A DNA stretch of 64,000 bases from an uncultured bacterium (GTDB taxonomy: Bacteria; Zixibacteria; MSB-5A5; CAIYYT01): positions 96,001 through 160,000 of the forward strand of contig CAVSCK010000005.1 in the NCBI GenBank assembly GCA_963726455.1, in the 5' to 3' direction. The position numbers and the translations under genes are program-made. Below are positions 31,313 to 41,362 of this stretch, piece after piece. The notes beneath the pieces were generated by a model. That model was not told the origin of the DNA. It saw only the letters and a list, made by a program, of their open reading frames with translations, and did not search any database. Numbering within the stretch: the first letter of the stretch is position 1; each line of letters begins with the position of its first letter.

Positions 31313-32302
31313 TTACTTCAACAGTAACATCTTCTTAGTTTCGGTGAAGTCTCCTGATGACATGCGATAGAGGTAGACACCGGAGGCCACCGAAGAACCA
31401 TTCTGGTCGTTGCCGTCCCATTCGACGCGTTTGTAGCCGGCTTTCTCGTAATCGTCAAGCAAAGTCCTGACCTTCTGGCCAAGCATGTTGAACACTTCAA
31501 CTTTCACATTGCCGGATTTGGGAATCGCAAACTGAATTGTGGTCGAAGGGTTGAACGGATTGGGCACATTCTGGCTCAACTCATACTTCGTCGGAAGATT
31601 CAAATCAGCATTGCCTTCCACCGGTAACGCGATGTCGCATGGAGGAGTGAACTGCTTGCACATGGCGAATTTCGGGGTAGACTTCTTTGTCACTGTGTTG
31701 GACGCGGAGACGCCCGGTACTGGGGGCAAAGTCCAGGGAAAGATATTGGTCTCAATGAACGGGCCGGCAGGCGGATACAAAGAGACTGAGTCCAGCCGTA
31801 CCACTTGCCGAACGGTGTCAATCATCTTGATGATTATACTGCCAAGATATTGTCCGGTATCACCGGTACAGGCCGGAATAGGGGATTCACCCGAAAAGTC
31901 AGCCCAACCGAACAAGAGTGAGTCTCCCGCCGCCGACACCTTTAATTGCATGGAGCCGCCGAACAGGATGGCATTATTCTTTTTGAAGTTCTTGCTGAAC
32001 TTGAGTTGTTGACCGTTCTGCCTCACTCCGAAATTGAACCCGCCAACGGGGTAATCGTTAAACAGATAGACCGGTACGTAGAAAGAATCGCCCTTGGAAG
32101 TCGGCGAAAACGTTATACAGACGGGGCATCCAATTCGAAGCGTATCGCAAATACCCAGATCCAACTCCTTCAAGTTGGTGCTGTCGGCGTCCGCGATGCC
32201 TCCGTGTACCACATAGCACGTGTCGACCGCGTAGACGCTGGCGCCCGGCACCACCGCCGCAACCGATAGCACGAATAGCACTAGCAAAACCTTCAACTTC
32301 AT
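31313..32302 (-). CDS. Secreted single cohesin-like domain protein with T9SS/FlgD-type C-terminal domain
   Basis: Start MKLKV with GGAGG; signal peptide; DTLRIG...FYVPVYLFNDYPVGGFNF; CTD LSQNVPNPFNPST...SGVYLYR...KKMLLLK. Confidence 0.8.
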   Translation of the reverse strand: MKLKVLLVLFVLSVAAVVPGASVYAVDTCYVVHGGIADADSTNLKELDLGICDTLRIGCPVCITFSPTSKGDSFYVPVYLFNDYPVGGFNFGVRQNGQQLKFSKNFKKNNAILFGGSMQLKVSAAGDSLLFGWADFSGESPIPACTGDTGQYLGSIIIKMIDTVRQVVRLDSVSLYPPAGPFIETNIFPWTLPPVPGVSASNTVTKKSTPKFAMCKQFTPPCDIALPVEGNADLNLPTKYELSQNVPNPFNPSTTIQFAIPKSGNVKVEVFNMLGQKVRTLLDDYEKAGYKRVEWDGNDQNGSSVASGVYLYRMSSGDFTETKKMLLLK

Positions 32303-32438
32303 TTTACCTCCTATGTAGGGAAACATATTCCATTCACTGCCTGACCTTCGCATTCCAATCTCTCCTTCCTACCGCGTCAAGGATAACAGCGTTATACCTT
32401 AACTTTCTCCACTACCCACGAACGCAAAGTATTCCGAA

Positions 32439-32467
32439 TATATATCCGTTTCCGAAACTCCAGTCAA
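32439..32467 (-). promoter_or_regulatory. Sigma70-type promoter
   Basis: TTGACT-17-TATATA. Confidence 0.55.
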
Positions 32468-32490
32468 CAATTTTTTCAAAAATAATTGCC

Positions 32491-34890
32491 TCAGCAACCC
32501 GCGCATGGCGCCGGACCGCCGGAGAAAATGTACGATATCAGATAAACAGCATCGGAAATATCAATCGAGCCGTCGCAGTTCACCTCTCCAGTGCTATATG
32601 GCGAAGGCGCCGGGCCGCCGGAGAAGATATAGGCGATCAAATAGACGGCGTCGGAAATATCAACCCCGCCATCTCCGTTAGCGTCGCCGCAGACTGCGGG
32701 ACTGCCGACGGTGACGCACGCACCCTGAAACGCCCCCTGATAAGTAAATAAACCGTGCGTGAGCGACTGCGTGAAGCTGGAATAAACCGTGTCGCGAATG
32801 CAGATTTTCTGGTTTTTCAACGCATTAGTAACCTGGAATCTGACTTTGCAAATCACGCCGCTGCCTGCCGCCAGAGGCGCGTGTCCCCCGCCCATGTTCG
32901 CTCTCAGGTCAAGGGTGGCTACCTTGCCGCCGTTGTAGATGTTGCTGAAGATCGCCTGCTCAAAGCCGGCGCAGCGCGTTCCCGAGATGTCGACGACGTT
33001 CAATAAGAGGGTGTTTACGGTAGCGCCCTTCCACGTGATTGGAATCTGCATCTGATCAACCGTGGCCGTATTGGTCAGACTGATGGGCACCTCAATTGTG
33101 TCGGTCCCGGTTCCGATGTACATATCCGCCAGTGACACCGTGTCGGCCGTCACCAGGATGCTATTCCACTTAGTGTGTTTGTTCGTTCCGCGCGGCTCAG
33201 TGACGGTTAGCGAGACCGAATATAACCCGGGAGTGCTGTAAACGATCGCCGGCGGACGCTGTTCCGTTGAGGTTTGTCCGTCGCCGAAACTCCACAACCA
33301 TGAGGTCGGATTATTGGGCGATATGTCATTAAAGGTTGTCGAAAACGGCGCATTACCCGCAACAAACCCGCCCTCGAAATTGGCATCAGGCAGCGCCTGC
33401 ATTGATGCGCCGACATTGGGCCTGCGTCCAATCAGACCCGCGTACGAAGGACTATTGTAACCGTCCACATTCTCGGCATAATTAGAGATCAGGTTTTGGA
33501 GCTCGGTCAGCGTCAAGGTCGGCTGCTGCGATTTGAGCAAGGCCGCCACGGCGGCTACGGCAGGCGCCGAGAAAGAAGTACCGTCGTACGTGCGATAGCC
33601 GATCAGTCCGGAATCGGAACTGGTCGAGTATATGCCCGCGCCGGGGCCGGAGAGATCGATCCAGGAACCATAGTTTGACCAGGAAGCGATGACGTCGTTC
33701 TTGTTCAGGGCCGAAACAGTTATCACACCCGGAATGGTGTCTTTCCACTCGGGGCAATTGAGCCCTTCGTTTCCGGCCGCATGAGTGACATACATGCCGG
33801 CAGCGATCGCCGTACGAATGGATGCCGCAAACGCCGCGGAATAGCCGTAGTTCACATCACAAGGCAGACTGGCGGTGCGGCCAAAGCTGTAATTGATGAC
33901 GTCCACGCCATTCAGTCGGGCATAATCGGTCGCCTGGGATGCGGCCGCGCTGTTTATGTACCCCAGTCCGGTGTTTGCCAGATAGCCCGCGCGCAGGCAG
34001 ACAATTCTTACGCCCGGGTTATACGGCTGCCAACCGCCACCGATGCCGGCGATTCCCTGCGCGTCATTGGTCACACCCGCGACGATTCCGGCGATGAAAG
34101 TTCCGTGGCCGTTCATGTCCATGGGATTATTGTCCGGACCGTTGCAGTCCTCGAACGGAGCGCAGCCCGTCTGCGAAGGCAGGAAATCCCAGCCGTCGAG
34201 ATCGTCCACCTTGCCGTTGCCGTCATCGTCGACGCCGTTAATATCGGCGGAATCAAATACTACGCCGTTATGGTTGAGGTCTTCGCCCGGATTCACCCAA
34301 ATATTCTTCTGCAGATCAGGGTGGCGATAGTTGACGCCCGAGTCGATGTCGCCGAACAAGATGACTGAATCGCCCGGCTGAGTGTCCCAGGCCTGATACA
34401 ATTTCATTCCGTGAGTACCGTTAGAGAGCCAGTACTGCAAACTGTCTTCCGGGTCGTTCGGTTCGATTTGCATCGGATACCAGTAGACCGGTTCGGCGGT
34501 GACGATGTTATCATCAAAACCGAAATCCTTCACGGCCGTCAGCACGTCAACCACGGAGGGATAATCGACCAAATAGAATCCGGTCAAATCGCTAAATCCC
34601 GAAGCCGGATCGGGAGTCTTGGAGCCGCTGAAAACCTTGCGGATTGAAGTCACGGAGTATTTCTCGAACAGGGCATCAACCGACGCCAGGCCCACCGCCA
34701 TCTTCACGCCCTGAAGTTCCTCCAGCGTCGACGGCACCAGCCCGGGTTTGAACTGCAAGATTAATTGACCCGGTTGTATCTGTATGCCGCCACCTATCAC
34801 CGGTGGGACAAAGTTCCTGTCGGCCATTACGGATACCGACAACATCAGTGCCGCCGCAAGCGACAGCAGAGCGACTTTAACAACTCGCAT
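32491..34890 (-). CDS. S8 subtilase + PKD + cohesin-like domain + dockerin
   Basis: DIDSG, GHGTFIAG, GTSFSAP; WSFGDG PKD; EVPISLTN...PLAAGSGVICKVRF; terminal dockerin. Confidence 0.9.
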   Translation of the reverse strand: MRVVKVALLSLAAALMLSVSVMADRNFVPPVIGGGIQIQPGQLILQFKPGLVPSTLEELQGVKMAVGLASVDALFEKYSVTSIRKVFSGSKTPDPASGFSDLTGFYLVDYPSVVDVLTAVKDFGFDDNIVTAEPVYWYPMQIEPNDPEDSLQYWLSNGTHGMKLYQAWDTQPGDSVILFGDIDSGVNYRHPDLQKNIWVNPGEDLNHNGVVFDSADINGVDDDGNGKVDDLDGWDFLPSQTGCAPFEDCNGPDNNPMDMNGHGTFIAGIVAGVTNDAQGIAGIGGGWQPYNPGVRIVCLRAGYLANTGLGYINSAAASQATDYARLNGVDVINYSFGRTASLPCDVNYGYSAAFAASIRTAIAAGMYVTHAAGNEGLNCPEWKDTIPGVITVSALNKNDVIASWSNYGSWIDLSGPGAGIYSTSSDSGLIGYRTYDGTSFSAPAVAAVAALLKSQQPTLTLTELQNLISNYAENVDGYNSPSYAGLIGRRPNVGASMQALPDANFEGGFVAGNAPFSTTFNDISPNNPTSWLWSFGDGQTSTEQRPPAIVYSTPGLYSVSLTVTEPRGTNKHTKWNSILVTADTVSLADMYIGTGTDTIEVPISLTNTATVDQMQIPITWKGATVNTLLLNVVDISGTRCAGFEQAIFSNIYNGGKVATLDLRANMGGGHAPLAAGSGVICKVRFQVTNALKNQKICIRDTVYSSFTQSLTHGLFTYQGAFQGACVTVGSPAVCGDANGDGGVDISDAVYLIAYIFSGGPAPSPYSTGEVNCDGSIDISDAVYLISYIFSGGPAPCAGC

Positions 34891-34923
34891 CAGAGTGACT
34901 CCTTTCCAAGACGGAAAACGATC

Positions 34924-37287
34924 TTACTTAGACGGCGGGGGAGGACCTCCGCTAAATATGTAACTAATCAAAAATACAACGTCAGATATGTCGACCGTAC
35001 CACTGGCATCCGCATCCCCTGAGTACAGCGAGGGCGCCGGTCCATTGCCAAAGATGTAGGAGACAAGAAAGACCGCGTCGCTGATATCTATGTTATTGCT
35101 TTGATCGGCATCGCCGCGTAACCCGTGGATGTCTATCCCCCCCGACGATATGACCGGCAGATAGGCGCCGAAACTCGTCATGACGGCGGAAGTATATCCC
35201 GGATAGTCAGTTGTGTCGACGACATTGTGTCCCGGCAGCGGCGGCACCGCATCGTACTTAAGGTACATCCTAAATAGCACTCCGTCGCCCGCAGGCAATG
35301 GCGGCGAGCCACCGCCGTTATTGGCTATCATTCTCAGCACGAACTTGAAGCCCCCGGCCCAGGTTGCCGGCAGTGTGCGGCTCTCAAACGCCAAGCCGCG
35401 CGTTCCAACAAACGAAATCGAATCCAGCGATATGTCCATGTTCCCCCCGTAGGTTATCGGCAGAATCATGGACGTTATCGGCGCGTAGTTGTGCAGACGT
35501 ACGCTCACAACCAGAGGATCGGTACGGCTTCCCGAAAAGGGCTCCATGTCCAAAGTATCGGCATAGGCAATTATGTAAGCCGGCAGATTTGTCGTGTTCG
35601 TTCCTTGCGCGCCGCTGACCCGCAACTGGACATCGTAGCGGCCGGGATTTGCGTAAACGTGCGAAGGATTCTGAACTGTCGAGCTATCGCCATCGCCAAA
35701 ATACCATTTCCAGGTGTCTATCACTCCCGGGGCGGAACCGGAAAAATTCACGCTTAGCGGCGACAGACCAAAGCGCTGATCGCTGCCAATCTGGCCGGCG
35801 AAGATCTGCGAAACTGCCGTTGCCAAATTGATCCGGCCGCTTCCAAGCAGGCCGATATAGCCGGAATTCTGGGCGTCGATATTATCAGCCGTCGTGATGA
35901 TCAGAGTATCAAGCGCATTCTTCGATATGGATGGCACGCGCGAACGCAGCAAACCGGCCATGCCGGTCACGAACGGCGCCGCCATTGACGTACCCGACAA
36001 GTAGGTGTACGTGGGCGTGTTGTGATTCGAATAGGTGGAGTAGATGTTTGAACCGGGCGCTGCAACATCGACCCAGGAACCGTAGTTGGAGAATGACGAT
36101 TTGGCGCCGGACGAGGTCAGTGACGCCACTGCCAGCACATCCGTGCGGGAGCAAAGATAACTGGCTGATGAGTTGCCATCATTTCCGGCGGCAGAGACCA
36201 CAACCATTCCGTGGGCTATCGCATTCGTCACGGCAGCGCCGATGCCGCCGTCATTGGATGATCCCCAACTGCAGTTGACGGCCGTTACGCCTTTCTGAGT
36301 CGCATAGTAGAATGCCTGCGCTGCAAAATCCATCCGCACGTATCCACCTTCTTGACCACCGTTACTCTGAGACCAGCCAATTCGTAGCGGAACGATGCGG
36401 CAGCCGCGCTGCGACGGCGACCAGCCACCGGCTACACCCGCCACTCCGATACCGTTGTTGGTTATCGCCGCCATTATTCCCGCGGTGTGGGTTCCATGGC
36501 CGTTGAAATCCATTGGATCATTGTCCGGCTCGCTGCCATCTTCACCCGGCCAGGCCGAGACACCATTCACCCAATCCCAGCCACGAATATCATCTATGTA
36601 GAGATTGCCGTCATCGTCTTCCCCAGGATTGCCGTAGTACTCGGCCCAGTTGATCCAGATATTGCCGTTGACGTATGGCGAAGCGCCCGCGAGATCGGGA
36701 TGCTGCCAATTGACTCCGGTATCCATGGCGCCAACCAGGATCACGCTGTCTCCGGTCGCCGTGTTCCAGGCCTCCGGTGCATCAACATCCCGGTCATTCG
36801 ACTGGTTCAATCCCCACTGGATGCTGAACGACGGATCGTTTGGTACGGCGAAGACCGGATGTATGCTCACTTTCTCGACGTGCTCGATATCGGGAATTCC
36901 CCGAAAGTCGTTGAACGCCATTTCCAGTGAATCCTTGGCGTCGAATACGATTCGGTAATATCCCGACAGATCGAGTTCTTCAGCCGAACGCGGTTTCTCC
37001 GCGCCGACAAATAGCTTTTCAAAGGCCTTGGTACGATATTTTGAGAACAAGGCATCGACGGAGGTCAAGCCGGTATGTACGGCAGATTTCCCCGTGACAA
37101 AATGATTCCTGGCGACCTGCGGCTGAAAATTGACTACCAGCACTCCGTCGGCATACCACCAGTCATTCCCCGACCCAGCCGTCTGGGCGACAGCCGTCTC
37201 ATTCAGCAAGCCGCCCATCGTGAGGAGCGGTAGCAAAATGAAGAGGAAAAGGGCAATATAAGGGCGCGCCATTAAAGAAACGAACAT
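34924..37287 (-). CDS. S8 subtilase + PKD + cohesin-like domain + dockerin (tandem paralogue)
   Basis: AMDTG, GHGTHTAG, GTSMAAP; WYFGDG PKD; VSVRLHN...PLPAGDGVLFRMYL; Cys-free dockerin. Confidence 0.9.
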   Translation of the reverse strand: MFVSLMARPYIALFLFILLPLLTMGGLLNETAVAQTAGSGNDWWYADGVLVVNFQPQVARNHFVTGKSAVHTGLTSVDALFSKYRTKAFEKLFVGAEKPRSAEELDLSGYYRIVFDAKDSLEMAFNDFRGIPDIEHVEKVSIHPVFAVPNDPSFSIQWGLNQSNDRDVDAPEAWNTATGDSVILVGAMDTGVNWQHPDLAGASPYVNGNIWINWAEYYGNPGEDDDGNLYIDDIRGWDWVNGVSAWPGEDGSEPDNDPMDFNGHGTHTAGIMAAITNNGIGVAGVAGGWSPSQRGCRIVPLRIGWSQSNGGQEGGYVRMDFAAQAFYYATQKGVTAVNCSWGSSNDGGIGAAVTNAIAHGMVVVSAAGNDGNSSASYLCSRTDVLAVASLTSSGAKSSFSNYGSWVDVAAPGSNIYSTYSNHNTPTYTYLSGTSMAAPFVTGMAGLLRSRVPSISKNALDTLIITTADNIDAQNSGYIGLLGSGRINLATAVSQIFAGQIGSDQRFGLSPLSVNFSGSAPGVIDTWKWYFGDGDSSTVQNPSHVYANPGRYDVQLRVSGAQGTNTTNLPAYIIAYADTLDMEPFSGSRTDPLVVSVRLHNYAPITSMILPITYGGNMDISLDSISFVGTRGLAFESRTLPATWAGGFKFVLRMIANNGGGSPPLPAGDGVLFRMYLKYDAVPPLPGHNVVDTTDYPGYTSAVMTSFGAYLPVISSGGIDIHGLRGDADQSNNIDISDAVFLVSYIFGNGPAPSLYSGDADASGTVDISDVVFLISYIFSGGPPPPSK

Positions 37288-37347
37288 GAAAAAACTCCTA
37301 CGTCTGGATGGTGGACGCTTGATTGATCCGTAAACCCCTTCCCCCTA

Positions 37348-37376
37348 AATATAACACACCGTGCCGATTTTGTCAA
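37348..37376 (-). promoter_or_regulatory. Sigma70-type promoter of the S8 pair, embedded in a hairpin
   Basis: TTGACA-17-TATATT. Confidence 0.7.
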
Positions 37377-37389
37377 TCAGCACGGTGTG
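37355..37389 (-). terminator. Hairpin terminator of the 37440..40688 gene
   Basis: cacaccgtgccgatt-ttgtc-aatcagcacggtgtg, followed by TTATATTT on the minus strand. Confidence 0.65.
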
Positions 37390-37439
37390 AATTTCGGCCT
37401 ATTCCACTGGGTTAAGGCCCTGTGGACTAGTCAATTGGA

Positions 37440-40400
37440 CTACTTGCAGCCCACTCCGCAGTGAGGAGCAGCGCCACCGGCGAAGATGTACTGAATCAAG
37501 TACACGGCGTCGGAAATGTCAACTGTGCAGTCACCGTTGGCATCGCCCTTACCGAAGGCATAGTTGCAGCTTCCAGGAGCCGCACCACCGGCGAAGATGT
37601 ACTGAATCAAGAACACCGCATCGGAAATGTCAACCGCGCCGTCGCTGTTGGCATCGCCGCAATCGACGCAACCTGTGGCCGCGCACCAAGCTGGTTTTAC
37701 AGTCGGCACGCCATGGGCGCACAGGAACTTCTTGCCTGCGTCCACAGCAGCCTGCAGGCCGGCTAGCGAACCGCCTGTACGCGGCTGGCCGGCGAGGATC
37801 ACGTAAATGTCGAAGGTCCCGGTGGCCTTCGGGGTGATCGTCGCTGACTTGGCAAACACAAGCATGGAGTTCAGGTCCTGAGCCGTACCGGCAAACGCCG
37901 TGTAACCGACTGAGGTCTGAATCTTCTTCCACATCGTGTCATTCACGTAACCCTGTACACGATACACGGTGGAATTGTTATCCTGTACGAAACCGGCTTC
38001 CAACGGGTTGTTGTCACCACGAATACCGGCAAGAGCGGCATAGCGGGTGGTGTTGGAGCCCCATCTGCCCTGCTGATAAACCATCTGCCGGAGTTCATCG
38101 GTACCGGCCTGGTTGTCAGAGGAGTCATCGGGAACGTCGAAGTCGCAAGCGTACGAGATCATCATGTTGTTGATCGTGGCCGCCGGATTCTTCGGACCGG
38201 CATAGAACGCGATCTTGGCAACCATGAAGTCGGCGCTATCGGGGGCCTTCGGAGCGTAGAAATCTACATCAAAGGCAACCGACGAGTCGCGGTTACAACC
38301 CACGCCCCACGAATGACGGAACGAGGTGTTGATCGAGTCGTACGACATTCCGGACGTGCAGAACAAACGGCCGATTCTGCCGGCAAACGAGCCGATGAAG
38401 CCCGTGCTGTCGGAGAAGATCGCCGTGCTCATGTGCAAGCTGTCAGTACCCATCAGGACTGATCCGTCAAACAGATAGTTGGTATCCGGATGATCGGAGG
38501 CGTAATGGAAACCGTAACCATGGGGCTTCTGGGCGGCCGCACGGCTGTTCTGGTCGGTAACCATTCTGACGGTAGAAGTACGAATGTCCAGATTCGCTTC
38601 CATGTTCCAGGTGTTGAAGTTGTACAACTCAACCGGGAAGTTGAGAGTCTTCGCCAGCCAAGACCATGTAATCGTGGCCTTGAAGACGCCTTCGGTCCCG
38701 GGACCGGTAGCGGTCACGTTTGTCGTCTGGAAGTTGGTGCAACCGGCTGGAACTGAGCTGGTGCCTCCAACGTCGAAGGTCAACCATGAACCGGCCGGAG
38801 TGTAGGCAACAGTTCTGACGTAGTCAGCGGAGATGTTACCTACGTTGGTCAGCTTGATCGGGAAGCTGGCCGTATGGTTCGGGCCGGCTGCCGGGGTCGT
38901 ATGGAACGGCCACACTCTTTCGACAGGATCAGCGGACAATACCGCATCGGTCGCAACCGTGAAGCACGGATACGACATGTTCATGATCGGGTTAATGACT
39001 GCTCCGCCCTGGGCGTAGATATAGTCGCCCGGCGACTTGTCGACCATGTACTGAATTCTGATGGAGTCAGACACATGTTCCGCAGTACTGGTGAATCCTT
39101 CGGCAAAGCAGGCGCCGGTAAGGCAGTTGTCCGACCGGGTGTTCGACAGGTTGACCGGGTTACCCCACAGGTCGCCGTTCAAGCTGGTGGAACCTTGCGC
39201 GAAGATTTCATAGTTGACATATCTGGTGGCGCCGGAGGAAGCTGCTGCACCGCAATCGGTGTAGGTCGAATCGGCGGTCAGATAGTCGGGGTTCAACAAG
39301 TATACGGCGTACAGACGTCTGTTGCCGCCCTGCAGACACTCGGACAAGCTGGGCTTGGAAATGTTGAGCTGATATCCCGGAGGACGGCAGCTATTGTTGG
39401 AACCGTAATCGGAGGCATCCTTTACCAGGGACTGGCAACCGGAATTGCAGGAGCTCCAATGGAACAGCTTTGCCGGATAGATCAAATAAGTATGACCGGC
39501 GGTGTCATTCCACATGGTGGTATAGAGGACGTGCAGACATTCATTGTTGTCGTACAGCGGCGACATTTCGTTCGCGCGCATGCACATCACGGAACCGTCG
39601 CTGGCGACGATACTGTCTTCCGCGTTCGTGAAATGCTTCACGGTAGTGCGCGGTCCCCAGGTGGCGCCGGCGTCGTTTGATTCGCGGTAGACAATGTCAT
39701 CATTGTCGCCCCAGTTGCGGGCGAACTTGTTGGCCATCCAGCTTCTGGGATAGAAATAGACTGCCGCAACTTTATTCGAAGCGGCGACCGGGCTGGCAAC
39801 AATTTCGTACGACGAACTGGCAACGGAATCGAGGAAAGTACCGCAAGTGGCTGACGGAGCAACTACGTCGTCCGTCGACTTGTAGTACACCAACGAATAG
39901 CGACCGGTGGTGTCGCGACCCGGTGAGGTCGTGCCGCCGGCATATTCGCAGGTAAGGATATGGGCAATCGGTCTGCCGGAAACAGTATTGAGGTCACTAG
40001 CCACGGACGGCCAGATGTAACCCTCTTCGATCGTTCCCGGAATACCAATCTGGATGTTTTGGCAGTTCGGACGTGCCGGCAGCGAAGCCGGGGCGACCGG
40101 GTAATCGGCCAAACCGAAGATAAGACCGGCGCAGGAAGTCTGCATACCGGCCTGGACCGTCGAGCGGCCAAAGGTGGCATCCGGCGAAGTCCAGTGGTAA
40201 GCCATGATCGCAAAACCATTGATCGGATCGGTGGCGATCGAAGCATAACCGGAGGTCAGCGGACCAATGTCGGTCGGGAGCGGTGGATTTGACGGTGGAA
40301 CGTTGGCAACATAACGGATGTTGCGCGAACCGCCGGTCCAGTAATCGACTTCAGCATACATAAACACGTTATGAATGTTGCCGCTGCAACCAACAGCAAT

Positions 40401-40688
40401 CTGTCTCTGATTTCTGCCCGGGTTGCTTTGATGGTCGATCGTGCTGTAGCCGACTTGTTTGGTGAACATGTAATATCCCAGGGAAGACGGAGCAGTTGAC
40501 TGCGGCTTGCTGGCAACATTGCTGCCCGGATTGTCAATCAACTGATCGCCATTCCAATGCGTAGCCGAAAGTCCGACTTCCGCCGAGCGCGAGGCCTTAT
40601 CGTACGCCGCATTGGCGCCGAAGGCCGCTCCGCACAGGGATAACACGAAAATAGACAGAACAAATAGTACCGAGAGAGTTCTCGTCAT
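37440..40688 (-). CDS. Large secreted Cys-rich protein of unknown function with C-terminal dockerin
   Basis: Signal peptide; Asp-box-like ESNDAGATWG; Ig-like segment; terminal dockerin; AAAGGAG RBS. Confidence 0.85.
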   Translation of the reverse strand: MTRTLSVLFVLSIFVLSLCGAAFGANAAYDKASRSAEVGLSATHWNGDQLIDNPGSNVASKPQSTAPSSLGYYMFTKQVGYSTIDHQSNPGRNQRQIAVGCSGNIHNVFMYAEVDYWTGGSRNIRYVANVPPSNPPLPTDIGPLTSGYASIATDPINGFAIMAYHWTSPDATFGRSTVQAGMQTSCAGLIFGLADYPVAPASLPARPNCQNIQIGIPGTIEEGYIWPSVASDLNTVSGRPIAHILTCEYAGGTTSPGRDTTGRYSLVYYKSTDDVVAPSATCGTFLDSVASSSYEIVASPVAASNKVAAVYFYPRSWMANKFARNWGDNDDIVYRESNDAGATWGPRTTVKHFTNAEDSIVASDGSVMCMRANEMSPLYDNNECLHVLYTTMWNDTAGHTYLIYPAKLFHWSSCNSGCQSLVKDASDYGSNNSCRPPGYQLNISKPSLSECLQGGNRRLYAVYLLNPDYLTADSTYTDCGAAASSGATRYVNYEIFAQGSTSLNGDLWGNPVNLSNTRSDNCLTGACFAEGFTSTAEHVSDSIRIQYMVDKSPGDYIYAQGGAVINPIMNMSYPCFTVATDAVLSADPVERVWPFHTTPAAGPNHTASFPIKLTNVGNISADYVRTVAYTPAGSWLTFDVGGTSSVPAGCTNFQTTNVTATGPGTEGVFKATITWSWLAKTLNFPVELYNFNTWNMEANLDIRTSTVRMVTDQNSRAAAQKPHGYGFHYASDHPDTNYLFDGSVLMGTDSLHMSTAIFSDSTGFIGSFAGRIGRLFCTSGMSYDSINTSFRHSWGVGCNRDSSVAFDVDFYAPKAPDSADFMVAKIAFYAGPKNPAATINNMMISYACDFDVPDDSSDNQAGTDELRQMVYQQGRWGSNTTRYAALAGIRGDNNPLEAGFVQDNNSTVYRVQGYVNDTMWKKIQTSVGYTAFAGTAQDLNSMLVFAKSATITPKATGTFDIYVILAGQPRTGGSLAGLQAAVDAGKKFLCAHGVPTVKPAWCAATGCVDCGDANSDGAVDISDAVFLIQYIFAGGAAPGSCNYAFGKGDANGDCTVDISDAVYLIQYIFAGGAAPHCGVGCK

Positions 40689-41098
40689 CTTTTGCTCCTT
40701 TCAGAGTGAAAAAAACGTTGCAATAAAAAAAACCGTGTCCGATTTCGAAGTTTTCGCTCTGTAATAATTTGCTGTGACCACCTCCTCGATCAGCTTCCAT
40801 GAGAAAGCAGAGATCCTATTCTCTTTCTCTCATCAAAAGTCTGCGCTTAAACCATTTACTAATTTCATAAGATATGCTATAAAGCCCACGTATGTGCCGA
40901 CCGCTGTTCAATCAGACAAGACAGACCACGCCCACGTCGACATACACCGAATATTCGCAACAGAAAAGCTTAAGACGCGCACAATGGGCCACTTACGGAA
41001 TCCCGGCAAGTGAAGACCTGATAGACTCGATAAATCTGTGCTGGTAAAACAAAGTTTTACCGACTGAACCGCTAACAGCTACTTCCCGTAGCCAATCA

Positions 41099-41127
41099 AA
41101 AATAAGATTCTTGCGCCATTCTGTCAA
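41099..41127 (-). promoter_or_regulatory. Candidate sigma70 promoter, implying a ~400-nt 5' leader
   Basis: TTGACA-17-TATTTT. Confidence 0.5.
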
Positions 41128-41303
41128 GAAATTTTTCGGAAAAACTGACTACTCCGAGTTTGCTAACTCATTACCTTTGAAGCCAGTAAACGCAGATTCT
41201 GCGCCGAGAGTAATCGTTCGACCTTCAGAGTTTGCGTTCGAGGCAGATTCCCCCGATCGCGCCGAAAACAAGACTACTTAACCCGTTCTTCCTGCCCGAA
41301 ACA

Positions 41304-41337
41304 AGACGACCGCTGTCGGCATTGACAACGGTCGTCT
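41304..41337 (-). terminator. Terminator after the giant repeat gene
   Basis: agacgaccgctgtc-ggcatt-gacaacggtcgtct, followed by TGTTT on the minus strand. Confidence 0.7.
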
Positions 41338-41362
41338 GTAGTCACTTATGTTTACCGGTCCG

